This document shows positions 25,393 through 34,561 of a stretch of DNA of 64,000 nucleotides, in pieces. The notes beneath the pieces are model-generated. The model ran no database searches. It saw nothing but the letters and a program-made list of their open reading frames with translations, and was not told the origin of the DNA. Position 1 is the first letter of the stretch; each line of letters begins with the position of its first letter. This DNA is from a virus: the IMG/VR virus record IMGVR_UViG_3300013108_000188. One strand, given 5' to 3'. Both the position numbers and the translations under genes were made by a program.

Positions 25393-27100
25393 TTGCTATC
25401 CTCGTAAAGTTTTGGTACTTTTCAAATTTAATTATATTAGTAAATTTATCAAACATTATATCTCCTTTATGTGATATGATAAAGATGTTTTCTTTTGTTA
25501 GTGTCTTAATAATTTTAAAAAAGTCATCTGTTCCTTGTCCATCTAAACTTGAATCAAATATCTCATCTAATATTAGTAAGTTTGTATTAACACTATTTTT
25601 CATTTTTGCAATACTTCTCCAAGTAAATAATAATGCAAGGTCTATTCTCATCTTCTCACCTTCACTAAAGTTATTGTAGTTAAAGGAGTCCATATGTCTG
25701 CTCTTAACCGTCTCGTTAAATTCTTCATCTAAATGAAATGATACAAAGAAGTCCATAGCTTGTAAATAGTTATTAATTAAAGTATTCATAATCGGTAAAT
25801 ACTTTTTAATAATTTGTGCTCTTGCTCCACTATCGTCTACTATCTGTCTCAATATATCAATATATTTTTTCTCCTCAATAACATTATCTTTTTGTACATT
25901 TGCGTCAACTAATTCTCTTTTTAGTTTAGCAATTTCTTCTTTTATATTTAGGCCGCCAGCATCCTCAACTGATAACCTATCTATCTCATCTTGTATTCTA
26001 TCTGTATGTCTTTTAATCTCATCAATAGAAGTAGTTAATTTTGCAACATTAGTTTCTATAGTTCTAACCTTTTGTGCAATGTTATCAAATCCTAATATTT
26101 CTTCTTCTGTATTAGTTATTTCTGTTAATAGTTTTTTATAACCATCTTGTAATTTAATTACAGCGTCTTTCTCCTCACTAATTTTTGTCTGTCTAAAACC
26201 TTGTTCTATTTCCTGTGTACAAGTAGGACAACTAGTATTGTCTTCAAAAAACTTTAATGTCTTCTTATGTGTCTTTAAGTTCTGGTCTATCTTTGCTTCT
26301 AACTTATGTAATTGTGTAAACTTATCTTTTGTCTTTGTCTTGCCTAATAATTTCTGTTCGTTCTCATTAAGTTCTTTATTAAGACTTTCTATTCTAGTCA
26401 TATAATCTCTCTTATGAGTATGTGCTTTTTCTATGTCTTCTTTCTTTTTAGATATAGCGTCTGTATCTCTACCTTGTAATTCATTAAAATGTTTCTCTTG
26501 TAGTTCAACTTTATTCTCAATCAAATCTACTTGATGTCTTAATGTAGTAATGTCTTTTGTTAAATCGTTTTGTTTACTCTTTAATAAGTAGTTCATATTT
26601 TGAAATACTTTAATGTCTAATATTTCTTCAATTACTTCTCTACGATTCCTTGCTCTCATCTTCATAAATGGTTCATATAAAGAAGACCCTAAAATAACAA
26701 CTTGACAAAAGGACCTATAGTTTAATTTCATTATATTTTTTTCTAAATGTTTTTGATAGTCTATAGTACTTGCGTCTTGGTTAATTAAAATTCCGTCTTG
26801 GTATATTTCAAATACATTAGGTTTAATTCCTCTAACAACTTTATACTTTTTAGGACCTACACTAAAGTTTAATTCTACTACGGTATCAGCATTATTAATC
26901 GTATTGACCATCTGGTCTTTCTTAATAATTCTAAATGGTTTATTAAACAAAGCAAAACATATTGCGTCTAACAATGTTGATTTACCTGACCCATTAGTTC
27001 CAATAATTAATGTTGTTGGTTGTTCTGCTAGATTAACACTTATAGGAGTATTACCTGTTGATAAAAAGTTCTTCCAAGTTATATTATGAAATATTATCAT
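25385..27100 (-). CDS. gp46: recombination nuclease ATPase subunit (gp46, Rad50-like)
   Basis: GTNGSGKS, CPTC zinc hook, FSEGE, LDEIFD. Confidence 0.97.
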   Translation of the reverse strand: MIIFHNITWKNFLSTGNTPISVNLAEQPTTLIIGTNGSGKSTLLDAICFALFNKPFRIIKKDQMVNTINNADTVVELNFSVGPKKYKVVRGIKPNVFEIYQDGILINQDASTIDYQKHLEKNIMKLNYRSFCQVVILGSSLYEPFMKMRARNRREVIEEILDIKVFQNMNYLLKSKQNDLTKDITTLRHQVDLIENKVELQEKHFNELQGRDTDAISKKKEDIEKAHTHKRDYMTRIESLNKELNENEQKLLGKTKTKDKFTQLHKLEAKIDQNLKTHKKTLKFFEDNTSCPTCTQEIEQGFRQTKISEEKDAVIKLQDGYKKLLTEITNTEEEILGFDNIAQKVRTIETNVAKLTTSIDEIKRHTDRIQDEIDRLSVEDAGGLNIKEEIAKLKRELVDANVQKDNVIEEKKYIDILRQIVDDSGARAQIIKKYLPIMNTLINNYLQAMDFFVSFHLDEEFNETVKSRHMDSFNYNNFSEGEKMRIDLALLFTWRSIAKMKNSVNTNLLILDEIFDSSLDGQGTDDFFKIIKTLTKENIFIISHKGDIMFDKFTNIIKFEKYQNFTRIANV

Positions 27101-27255
27101 ATTCTTAAATCTTGTCCTTTAATTTGTTCCATTTTTTGTTGCAACTCTTTTTTATATTTTGCTTGATTTGCTGATAACAATAACCCAAAAGCAAATATAG
27201 CAATTATGAATATTGAAGGTAAATTATCTAGCATCCATATTCCAATTTTTTTCAT
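27097..27255 (-). CDS. 52-aa membrane-anchored peptide
   Basis: MKKIGIWMLDNLPSIFIIAIFAFGLLLSANQAKYKKELQQKMEQIKGQDLRI; TAATG and ATGA overlaps with gp47 and gp46. Confidence 0.75.
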   Translation of the reverse strand: MKKIGIWMLDNLPSIFIIAIFAFGLLLSANQAKYKKELQQKMEQIKGQDLRI

Positions 27256-28313
27256 TATTTCTCTTGTACCTCTTGGTAAAAGTCTTTCATTATAGAGTTT
27301 ATTCTTGCCTTATCTAATTCAGTATCCAAACTATTAATATAATTGTGTAAGAAAGTTAAAGTATCTTCTCCTTGGTCTATGATATTAACATCGGCAGTAG
27401 CATTGATATTATAACTATCTTCTATAACATTAACTTCGTGTGTATTAATTTCATTGTGTAGTCTATCAATAAATTCTCCAAATTGATTTGTGTCTGTTTT
27501 TTCTTCTACTATAACTTTTAAATGCTTATCTTTATACTTTGATATATCCATATTAGTATAACTTTGTTTTGTATCATTGTATATAATCTTTTCAAACATA
27601 GTAAGTGGATTTGATATTCTAGTTAGTTCTCTTGTATCTGTATCAAATATATGAAACCCTTTTGGACATTGATAATCTGACCAGGTTATTTCATATTGAG
27701 TTCCTAAATAATATATTGTTCCGTTATCTGATTTTCTATGATAGTGTCCTGATAATACTTTGTCAAATCTTTTAAACTGGTCCATTTCTAAACCAACTTC
27801 CTGAAAGTGTCCTTTGTGCATTTCAAAACCTTTAATTTCTAAATGACCCATAGCAACTTCGGCGTGTGAGTTATCAATCTCGTATATACTTTCTTCTTCT
27901 GTTTCAGGACATATCCAAGGTAATAATAATATATCTAAACCATCAAAGTTAACCGTAGCAGGTTTCTCATATATCCAAGGTTCATTTGCACCATCAAAGG
28001 TTTTGATTAAGTGTGTGAAATTTACTTTGTTTGTATTCTTATAATATGTGTCGTGGTTACCTAGTATAATATGTGTATCTATTTTTAAGTCCCATAATCT
28101 TTTCCAAAAGTTTTCTTGGAAGTTATGAGCAGTATTGAAGTTAATAAACTTTCGTCTATCAACAACATCGCCTAAATGGATTAATGTTTTGATGTCGTTT
28201 TGTATTATATACGGAAAAAAGATTTCATCATAAAATCTATTAAAGTATTTTACAAACGCAGGATTATCATTTCTAGCACCGAAATGCGTATCGTTCAATA
28301 ATGCTATTTTCAT
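27255..28313 (-). CDS. gp47: recombination nuclease subunit (gp47, Mre11-like)
   Basis: DTHFG, GDVVD, GNHD, GHLE, SGHYH. Confidence 0.97.
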   Translation of the reverse strand: MKIALLNDTHFGARNDNPAFVKYFNRFYDEIFFPYIIQNDIKTLIHLGDVVDRRKFINFNTAHNFQENFWKRLWDLKIDTHIILGNHDTYYKNTNKVNFTHLIKTFDGANEPWIYEKPATVNFDGLDILLLPWICPETEEESIYEIDNSHAEVAMGHLEIKGFEMHKGHFQEVGLEMDQFKRFDKVLSGHYHRKSDNGTIYYLGTQYEITWSDYQCPKGFHIFDTDTRELTRISNPLTMFEKIIYNDTKQSYTNMDISKYKDKHLKVIVEEKTDTNQFGEFIDRLHNEINTHEVNVIEDSYNINATADVNIIDQGEDTLTFLHNYINSLDTELDKARINSIMKDFYQEVQEK

Positions 28314-28314
28314 A

Positions 28315-28893
28315 TTATATAAAGTCTTCTAAATTCGCCTTCGCTTTTCTTACTCGTTTTTTTGTCGGTTTCGGTTTTTTCTTTTCTTTTGTTTCGTCTT
28401 CCATTGGAAGATTCTTTTGTAAAAATTCAGTAAACTGATTCTTAAATTCTCTATCGTCTCCTGGTTGCAAAGTCATATCATCATAATTTGCGTCCTGGAT
28501 TAGTTTATGTTTAATTGTAGTTTGTTTCTTTTCTTTCTGTATTCTTCGTATAAATGCGTAATAGATTATTTGTGTAAAATAAGCAAACGGATTGTTTGAC
28601 TTTTTAGGATTAAAGTTTGCTAGATATTGCAAACAATTTTCTATGCCATCACTTATCATATCGTCTCTAAATGTGTAATTAATAAAGTTAGGTCTATATG
28701 ATAGATGGTTTGCTATCTTTAAAAAACACTCACCTATATAATTGGTTACAGGAGGATTTTTGCGTCCTCTTTTTTTAGCTTTATTACACTTATCTTTATA
28801 CTCAATCATTGCCTCTAAAAACACTTTGTTATTTACATAGTGTTCCTTTTTGGCAGGAGTTCGTATTCTTTTGGGTTTGTTATCAATTGTCAT
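28315..28893 (-). CDS. gp55: late-transcription sigma factor (gp55)
   Basis: HYVNN, YIGECFLKIA, RPNFINYT, NPFAYFTQI. Confidence 0.97.
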   Translation of the reverse strand: MTIDNKPKRIRTPAKKEHYVNNKVFLEAMIEYKDKCNKAKKRGRKNPPVTNYIGECFLKIANHLSYRPNFINYTFRDDMISDGIENCLQYLANFNPKKSNNPFAYFTQIIYYAFIRRIQKEKKQTTIKHKLIQDANYDDMTLQPGDDREFKNQFTEFLQKNLPMEDETKEKKKPKPTKKRVRKAKANLEDFI

Positions 28894-28902
28894 TATGTTC
28901 TC

Positions 28903-28931
28903 ACTATACTATATTTTGTTGTTAGAGTCAA
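28903..28931 (-). promoter_or_regulatory. sigma70-type promoter for gp55
   Basis: TTGACT-N17-TATAGT. Confidence 0.7.
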
Positions 28932-28968
28932 TAACCTAACTAAAATTTCGGTCCCGATTGTTGGACTA

Positions 28969-28997
28969 TTGACAGATTAAAATGTTTATGATATTAT
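28969..28997 (+). promoter_or_regulatory. orphan plus-strand sigma70-type promoter
   Basis: TTGACA-N17-TATTAT with TG extension, followed by hairpin CAGCG/CGCTG; no sense ORF downstream. Confidence 0.55.
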
Positions 28998-29044
28998 CAG
29001 CGTGTAGCCGCTGAGAGATAGAGTCTATAAAGAGATTATATCTA

Positions 29045-29542
29045 TTAATGGATAGTTTTCTTCTTAACATCGTCATCGTGTATATCAGTAAATTCGTCTA
29101 TTATTTCATCAAGTTTATTATTTAATTCCTCTTGTTCCATTTTGTTCATTAGTTCTCGGTCCATAAGTTTTCTAGTTCTCGGGTTATCGTCTCGTCTATG
29201 CAATTTATCAACAATATGATACTCGCCAACGACCTTTTTATATGACCTAATCATTTCATCGGAAGCGTTGGTAATTGTAAGTATCTTATCTTTTGGTATA
29301 GTCACCAATTGGTCTTGCGTATAACCTGCCCATTTCACCAAGGCAATATAATCTTTAATACCCAAGTTGGTTATTTGGGGTACATATTTAATCTCTAATG
29401 GTTTATCAAGTGTAAGTAATGGTGAGTTTGGCGTCTCTTTATTTGTAGGTATAACGCAAACAACATCTGTTCCGTTTATTATCTTAACGATTTTAACCGT
29501 TGTAGTTCCATCAGGATTCATATCTTTAGGGTTAGTTGCCAT
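29045..29542 (-). CDS. conserved T4-like hypothetical protein (Sm-like fold)
   Basis: VKIVKIINGTDVV...P...W pattern; usual position between uvsW and gp55. Confidence 0.7.
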   Translation of the reverse strand: MATNPKDMNPDGTTTVKIVKIINGTDVVCVIPTNKETPNSPLLTLDKPLEIKYVPQITNLGIKDYIALVKWAGYTQDQLVTIPKDKILTITNASDEMIRSYKKVVGEYHIVDKLHRRDDNPRTRKLMDRELMNKMEQEELNNKLDEIIDEFTDIHDDDVKKKTIH

Positions 29543-29543
29543 A

Positions 29544-31022
29544 TTACTCCTTTAGTTCCACATTATGGATTTCATAATCAAATCCTTCTTCATTGTATAT
29601 ATTTATTCTTTCTCTAAAGTGTTGTAGAGTATAATTTTCTTTTTCTCCATATGATACATCATCGGATATATCATATAAAGTTGCATTTGTCTTGTTATCT
29701 CCTAGTCGGAGACCACGACCTATTGATTGTAGATTTCTTATCCTAGACTTACTAGGACTAGCAAAAATAATGTTATGCAAGTTCCGTATATTAATGCCTG
29801 TACTGAAAGTCCCATAACTTGCAACGATAATAGCGTTATCGCTTTTTTCCGTAATTGCTCTAATCTTTTCTCTTTCATCTGCGTCCACTCCTCCATAAAC
29901 GAAAAACACCTTTCTGTTTTCTTGTTTGTCTTCTATTAATTGTTTAAGTACTTTACCGTGCTTTTCAACATATTGAAATAAGCAAAGTGTATTACCTTGA
30001 AGACCACAACATAGATTTCTTATATATTTATTTCTAGCTTTACTTGAACATAAAAAGTCCATTTCTTCCTGATATGTTTTATCTTTTAAGTAGTCTCTAC
30101 TATTCTTTCCGTGTGCTAATATTAAACAATTGATTTTAAACTTCGCTAATTGTTTCTTCTCAATTAAATCTGTTGTTTGTGCGACTTTATTAACAGCACC
30201 AAATAATCCTTCTAGTACTAGTTTATGTGTTTTACTACCATCTAAAGTTCCTGTCATACCCACTCTATACTTACAATTAGTCATCTTTGTCATTATACTT
30301 GTTAGGGACTGGCTTTTAAATAAATGTGCTTCGTCTCCAATGATACAACCAAAATCAGCAAACCATTTTTTAGGTAGTTTATATACTGATTGCCAAGTAG
30401 ATATTACTATCTTCTTTGGAGTATCTTTATCGTGTCCTTGATATATTCTATGAATATGACTTGTATTATATCCATAGTCTTTAAAATCTTTGTATAATTG
30501 TTCTACTAAATTTGTTGTAGGTACAATAATTAATATCTTATTTGCTTTCTTATTTCTCAATCTTAACAACTGAAATCTTAATATTAGATATGCTATTAAT
30601 GATTTACCAGACGCTGTAGGAGATAATAATAAACATCTGTCTTCTTGTATTGCGTGATAAAACGCATTAAATTGATAGTCTCTAATAGTTAAAGGTATCT
30701 TTAATGCTTTACAGAATTTAGCACACTCTAATTTATCTAATGGTTCCTTTTCTGTTTTTAGTTTAGATACAATTGTTATATTATTGTCAACACAAAATTT
30801 CTTTATATAAGGTAATAGACCATAGTATATTTCACCACTTGCATACTTAAATAATCTAATCTTTCCGTCCCAATATCTATTTCTATATTGTGGCATAAAC
30901 TTATATCCAGGAACCTCAAAAGTAAAAAACTCCGATAAGTCTCTACGAATATCAGCGTCTGCTTCTATAGTAAGATAGACTTCATTTTTCTTTTCTAATA
31001 TTAAGTATCTATTTTCAACCAT
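29544..31022 (-). CDS. uvsW: UvsW RNA-DNA/DNA-DNA helicase
   Basis: WDGKIRLF, RDYQ, SPTASGKS, DEAH, TGT, QSIGRGLR. Confidence 0.97.
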   Translation of the reverse strand: MVENRYLILEKKNEVYLTIEADADIRRDLSEFFTFEVPGYKFMPQYRNRYWDGKIRLFKYASGEIYYGLLPYIKKFCVDNNITIVSKLKTEKEPLDKLECAKFCKALKIPLTIRDYQFNAFYHAIQEDRCLLLSPTASGKSLIAYLILRFQLLRLRNKKANKILIIVPTTNLVEQLYKDFKDYGYNTSHIHRIYQGHDKDTPKKIVISTWQSVYKLPKKWFADFGCIIGDEAHLFKSQSLTSIMTKMTNCKYRVGMTGTLDGSKTHKLVLEGLFGAVNKVAQTTDLIEKKQLAKFKINCLILAHGKNSRDYLKDKTYQEEMDFLCSSKARNKYIRNLCCGLQGNTLCLFQYVEKHGKVLKQLIEDKQENRKVFFVYGGVDADEREKIRAITEKSDNAIIVASYGTFSTGINIRNLHNIIFASPSKSRIRNLQSIGRGLRLGDNKTNATLYDISDDVSYGEKENYTLQHFRERINIYNEEGFDYEIHNVELKE

Positions 31023-31440
31023 TTGCTAATTTTATTACTCTTTCAATTAAACTTCCAAAACCCACTTGTCTTTGCATTGTTAATAATTCTCTAATACCTA
31101 AATGTTTAAAATCTTCTAAAGTTAATTTACTTATCTCATCTGCCTTTTCACCATTTACAATATCTAATATAACTTTAGCCGTGCCTTTAGTAATGAAAGC
31201 GTCACCATCGTGTTTATAAGTCATAGTATTATCTTTATTTTTTTCACCTGTCACCCATAAATTACTAGCACAACCTCTTATTTTATTATCATCTATTTTA
31301 TCTTTATCTGATAGTGGTTTTACTTCTTTTGCTAAATCAACCAAATATTGTAGTCTATCGTGTCCTTGTAAGGTTTTTAATTCTTCACCTCTTGCAATAA
31401 TTTTATCTATCATTATTGAAATTTGGAACCTAATGTCCAA
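31015..31440 (-). CDS. sufE: SufE sulfur-acceptor protein
   Basis: RLQYLVDLAK, IRGCASNLWV (acceptor Cys), DAFITKG, LTMQR..G; likely start MIDKII at 31413. Confidence 0.92.
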   Translation of the reverse strand: MDIRFQISIMIDKIIARGEELKTLQGHDRLQYLVDLAKEVKPLSDKDKIDDNKIRGCASNLWVTGEKNKDNTMTYKHDGDAFITKGTAKVILDIVNGEKADEISKLTLEDFKHLGIRELLTMQRQVGFGSLIERVIKLANG

Positions 31441-31976
31441 CCTACTAGTGATTGTCTTTGTCCTGATTTAACAGGATAAACTTTATGCCATAGACCAGAA
31501 TAGAATACTATAATAGTACCTGGTTTTGTTTTTTCAAATCTATGTATTATTGATTTAGTATGTTCTGGATGTGGTTCACATATTGCAAAGTCACCACCTT
31601 CAAATTCGTCATTTAATATTAAAGAGAAACTAATTTTTCTAACCATACCATCTGCATATGGTTTAGCGTGTGTATCTGTATGCCAAGAATAGTGTTGTGA
31701 TTTATCGTATGATGTATATTGTAAATCTTCAAACTTTGATAGTTTAAAGTTCCAACCTAAAGTTTTATTTGTATCGTTAATAACAGGAGCTAATTGAGTT
31801 TGTAACCAAGTGCTGTTTATAAAACAACCTTTACTATCTCTAGTTAATAGTTCTCGGTTTTTATCTTGTAATTGTAAATCTTTTAATTTTTGTTGACTAG
31901 CTAATTCTTTTACTTTCTTAATAAAAGAAGAATCGAATAGACCGTCCTGTCGCCAGTATAGTTTCTCTAAATTCAT
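31413..31976 (-). CDS. 2OG-Fe(II) oxygenase (PKHD type)
   Basis: YSWHTD, RKISFS, FEGGDF, WHKVYPV..G.RQSLVGW. Confidence 0.92.
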   Translation of the reverse strand: MNLEKLYWRQDGLFDSSFIKKVKELASQQKLKDLQLQDKNRELLTRDSKGCFINSTWLQTQLAPVINDTNKTLGWNFKLSKFEDLQYTSYDKSQHYSWHTDTHAKPYADGMVRKISFSLILNDEFEGGDFAICEPHPEHTKSIIHRFEKTKPGTIIVFYSGLWHKVYPVKSGQRQSLVGWTLGSKFQ

Positions 31977-31978
31977 AA

Positions 31979-32407
31979 TTAAATAGCGCCAGAAGTAAAT
32001 TTACGCCATTCAATTGCGTCTTTAATTAAAAATCCTCTATTAGATATTTGTTTGATTGTTTTGTCTAGGTAATCACATATAGTTTTTAGATACTCAACTT
32101 TTTGTTTTAACTTTATGTAATCTTCATCTGCTTCAATGTACTTATCAACATCTTGTTTTAAAATTTTTAAATTGAATGGTTTAGTTTGATATACTGCTGG
32201 GTCAGCTTTTCCTGTATAGTATTCCCACTTATGCAATTTAATAATTGCTAATTCGCTTTCAGTTCTATTAAGTAAAAGTCTAAATTTGTTATAGTGTTTT
32301 AAAAACTCATTATGTAGTTGTGGAGTTTTTAATGCTTCAACATCTAACTCCGTATCATTAATTTTTAATTTCTTTTCGGTGATTTCTTGTAATTCTTCAA
32401 GTGTCAT
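31979..32407 (-). CDS. uvsY: UvsY recombination mediator
   Basis: KWEYYTGKA, PFNLKILK, IKDAIEWRKF; synteny. Confidence 0.93.
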   Translation of the reverse strand: MTLEELQEITEKKLKINDTELDVEALKTPQLHNEFLKHYNKFRLLLNRTESELAIIKLHKWEYYTGKADPAVYQTKPFNLKILKQDVDKYIEADEDYIKLKQKVEYLKTICDYLDKTIKQISNRGFLIKDAIEWRKFTSGAI

Positions 32408-32427
32408 AATATCTCCATTATTAATAT

Positions 32428-32456
32428 ATAATACACTATTTGGTAGTGTTTGTCAA
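32428..32456 (-). promoter_or_regulatory. sigma70-type promoter for uvsY
   Basis: TTGACA-N17-TATTAT; the spacer contains an inverted repeat ACACTA/TAGTGT. Confidence 0.7.
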
Positions 32457-32471
32457 TGACCTGGGACTATT

Positions 32472-33101
32472 TTATGTAGTAGGAACCTTACTAGAAGTTT
32501 TTCCAGGTGTAGCAAACTCATAGTAAGAATATTTAAAATTAACCGTAGAAGTTATATAGTTAATATCCTGTGCTTGTTGTGTAAAACTAGCACCTGTCAT
32601 TGATACAGGAAACAAATCTATAAATCTAACTTCTTTTATTACATTATTTTTAGCTGATAAAATTGATAGTGTAGCGTCTGATAGAGCAGTACCCATAGGT
32701 GTAGCAGGTTGTTCTTTATTTCTTCTACTACCTAATAGATTAACTTCTTTTCCTTGATTAGGAAATCTATCTCTTCCAGCAGAAACAAGATTAGCAAAAT
32801 CTTTATGGTCAATAGGTATTCCTAGTCCTCTTAACCAATTGTATAATTCTTCAAAATTATCAAACTTCTCATCTACCATATATGTAAGTACTAAATCTCC
32901 AAAATCAAGTTTATCTCCAGGTATTGGAATATCTCTCAAAGCAGTATTTTGTGTAGCACTAGACATTTGCAAACCAGGTATATTAATCTCGGTGCAAAAG
33001 TATTCTACTTTAGGAAGTTTTGTAATTTTAAACCTAAACTGCGCTGGTGAAGCGTAATCAAGTTGCGTGGGTTGTCTTGTTATAGCGTTTGTATCAGTCA
33101 T
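32472..33101 (-). CDS. gp3: tail completion/tube terminator (gp3)
   Basis: FRFKITKLPKVEYFC, PGDKLDFGDL, VDE..N, SDATL, FIDLFPVS; position after gp23. Confidence 0.85.
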   Translation of the reverse strand: MTDTNAITRQPTQLDYASPAQFRFKITKLPKVEYFCTEINIPGLQMSSATQNTALRDIPIPGDKLDFGDLVLTYMVDEKFDNFEELYNWLRGLGIPIDHKDFANLVSAGRDRFPNQGKEVNLLGSRRNKEQPATPMGTALSDATLSILSAKNNVIKEVRFIDLFPVSMTGASFTQQAQDINYITSTVNFKYSYYEFATPGKTSSKVPTT

Positions 33102-33106
33102 ACTAT

Positions 33107-33114
33107 TATTTATA
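33107..33114 (-). promoter_or_regulatory. T4-type late promoter (gp3)
   Basis: TATAAATA. Confidence 0.75.
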
Positions 33115-33128
33115 TGAGTTTTTAAACG

Positions 33129-33163
33129 AAAAAAAAGGCGAGATTTTTTAGGTCTCGCCTTTT
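33129..33163 (-). terminator. intrinsic terminator after the major capsid gene
   Basis: AAAAGGCGAGA/TCTCGCCTTTT stem with a T8 tail. Confidence 0.9.
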
Positions 33164-33202
33164 CTTATATCAGTTTACAGATAATATAGTTATTAATTGC
33201 AA

Positions 33203-34540
33203 TTACGCAAGGTTAACAACTTGTACTTTTCTGTAGTATCTGTTAGAGTTAGCAGCACCAGCACCATCAATCACAGCGTCAGAAGAAGCACTAGCTTCAG
33301 CAAAAGGATTTGCCTGTAAGCCGTATCTTGTTTTGAAACCGATTTTTGGTTGGAAAGTGTCTTGGCCAACTGCTCTAACCATTTGTAAAGGTACATATGG
33401 GCAATAGAACATACCAGCGTCATAAGGAGAAGTTCCTTTATAACCAACTACATAAAATTGTTTAGCAGCTTGGTTTGCTGAGTAAGGGTCTATATACACT
33501 TTAAATCTACCGTTAAGAACACCAGCAAAAGTATTGCCTGTGTCATCAACATTTAGATTATTGTTAAGTGCAGGAGCATAGTCAAGGATGCCAGCCATTT
33601 GAAGAGCAGAAGCAACATCAGAAGAACAAACGATTATGTTCCCTTTACCTCTTCTGGTTCTTTGAGCAACAGCGTTAGCGTCTCTCTCTAATTGGAACAT
33701 TAAACCTTTAAATCTCTCAACTGACCATCTACCGTTAGAGTCTGTATCTAAATCAAAGATTCCAGCGTTAGTTGTGTCCGTTTGAGCACCTTTTTCTGAA
33801 TTAATGTAAATTGTTCTAACAACTTCTCTATTAATTTCAGCAAGGATTTCAGCAGATAAGATGTTCGCTAATTCTGTTTCAGCGTCTAATCCGTGAATTG
33901 CTTTAAGGTCTTGTGCAAGTTCCATTGTATATTCTGCTTTAAGAGCTCTACTTTTCGCAGTTACCGTTGATTTCTCAATTGAGAAAGCCATTTCAGCAAA
34001 AGCGTTTCCAGCAGAATCTCCAAGTGCTTCAGCACTAGCAGTCGCCATACCTGAACCAGAAGTATAAGTTCCAGCAGGTGAGTCGTTTAATATACCAGGG
34101 TTGTTTTGAGCAGGTGAATTTGAAGAAGTACCAGCACTTCCAGGAATGTTTGCGTTAGCAGCGTTTCCAGAAAATTTAGATTCAGCTTCGTCAAATAATG
34201 CTTCAGTTCCGCCTTGAGTTTTGTATCTGCTTCTCATTGCGAATATAAGTCCAGTAGGTCCGCTCATAGGTTGTACACCAGCAATATCGTAAGCGATAAG
34301 GTTTGGCATAGCTCGTCTAACTAAACTAATTAGGATTGGATCCCAGTTAGCAATGTTAGCACCTGTAGCGTTGGCAGGAGCCGCTTCGGCCATAAATTGA
34401 GCGTCTTCTTTAAGCGCTCTTTCTTGGTTTTCCAAGATAACCGAGGTTACAGCTCTTTTGTAGCTATCGCTGATTTTTGGTAAATCAGGATGGTCTAATA
34501 CTGGCTGCCATTTTTTTTGGTAGTTTTCAGATAAATACAT
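33203..34540 (-). CDS. gp23: major capsid protein (gp23)
   Basis: KWQPVLDH, GVQPMSGPTGLIFAMR, RALKAEYTMELAQDLKAIHGLDAE, FQPKIGFKTRYG. Confidence 0.99.
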   Translation of the reverse strand: MYLSENYQKKWQPVLDHPDLPKISDSYKRAVTSVILENQERALKEDAQFMAEAAPANATGANIANWDPILISLVRRAMPNLIAYDIAGVQPMSGPTGLIFAMRSRYKTQGGTEALFDEAESKFSGNAANANIPGSAGTSSNSPAQNNPGILNDSPAGTYTSGSGMATASAEALGDSAGNAFAEMAFSIEKSTVTAKSRALKAEYTMELAQDLKAIHGLDAETELANILSAEILAEINREVVRTIYINSEKGAQTDTTNAGIFDLDTDSNGRWSVERFKGLMFQLERDANAVAQRTRRGKGNIIVCSSDVASALQMAGILDYAPALNNNLNVDDTGNTFAGVLNGRFKVYIDPYSANQAAKQFYVVGYKGTSPYDAGMFYCPYVPLQMVRAVGQDTFQPKIGFKTRYGLQANPFAEASASSDAVIDGAGAANSNRYYRKVQVVNLA

Positions 34541-34561
34541 ATCTTTTTCCTCTCTCTATTA

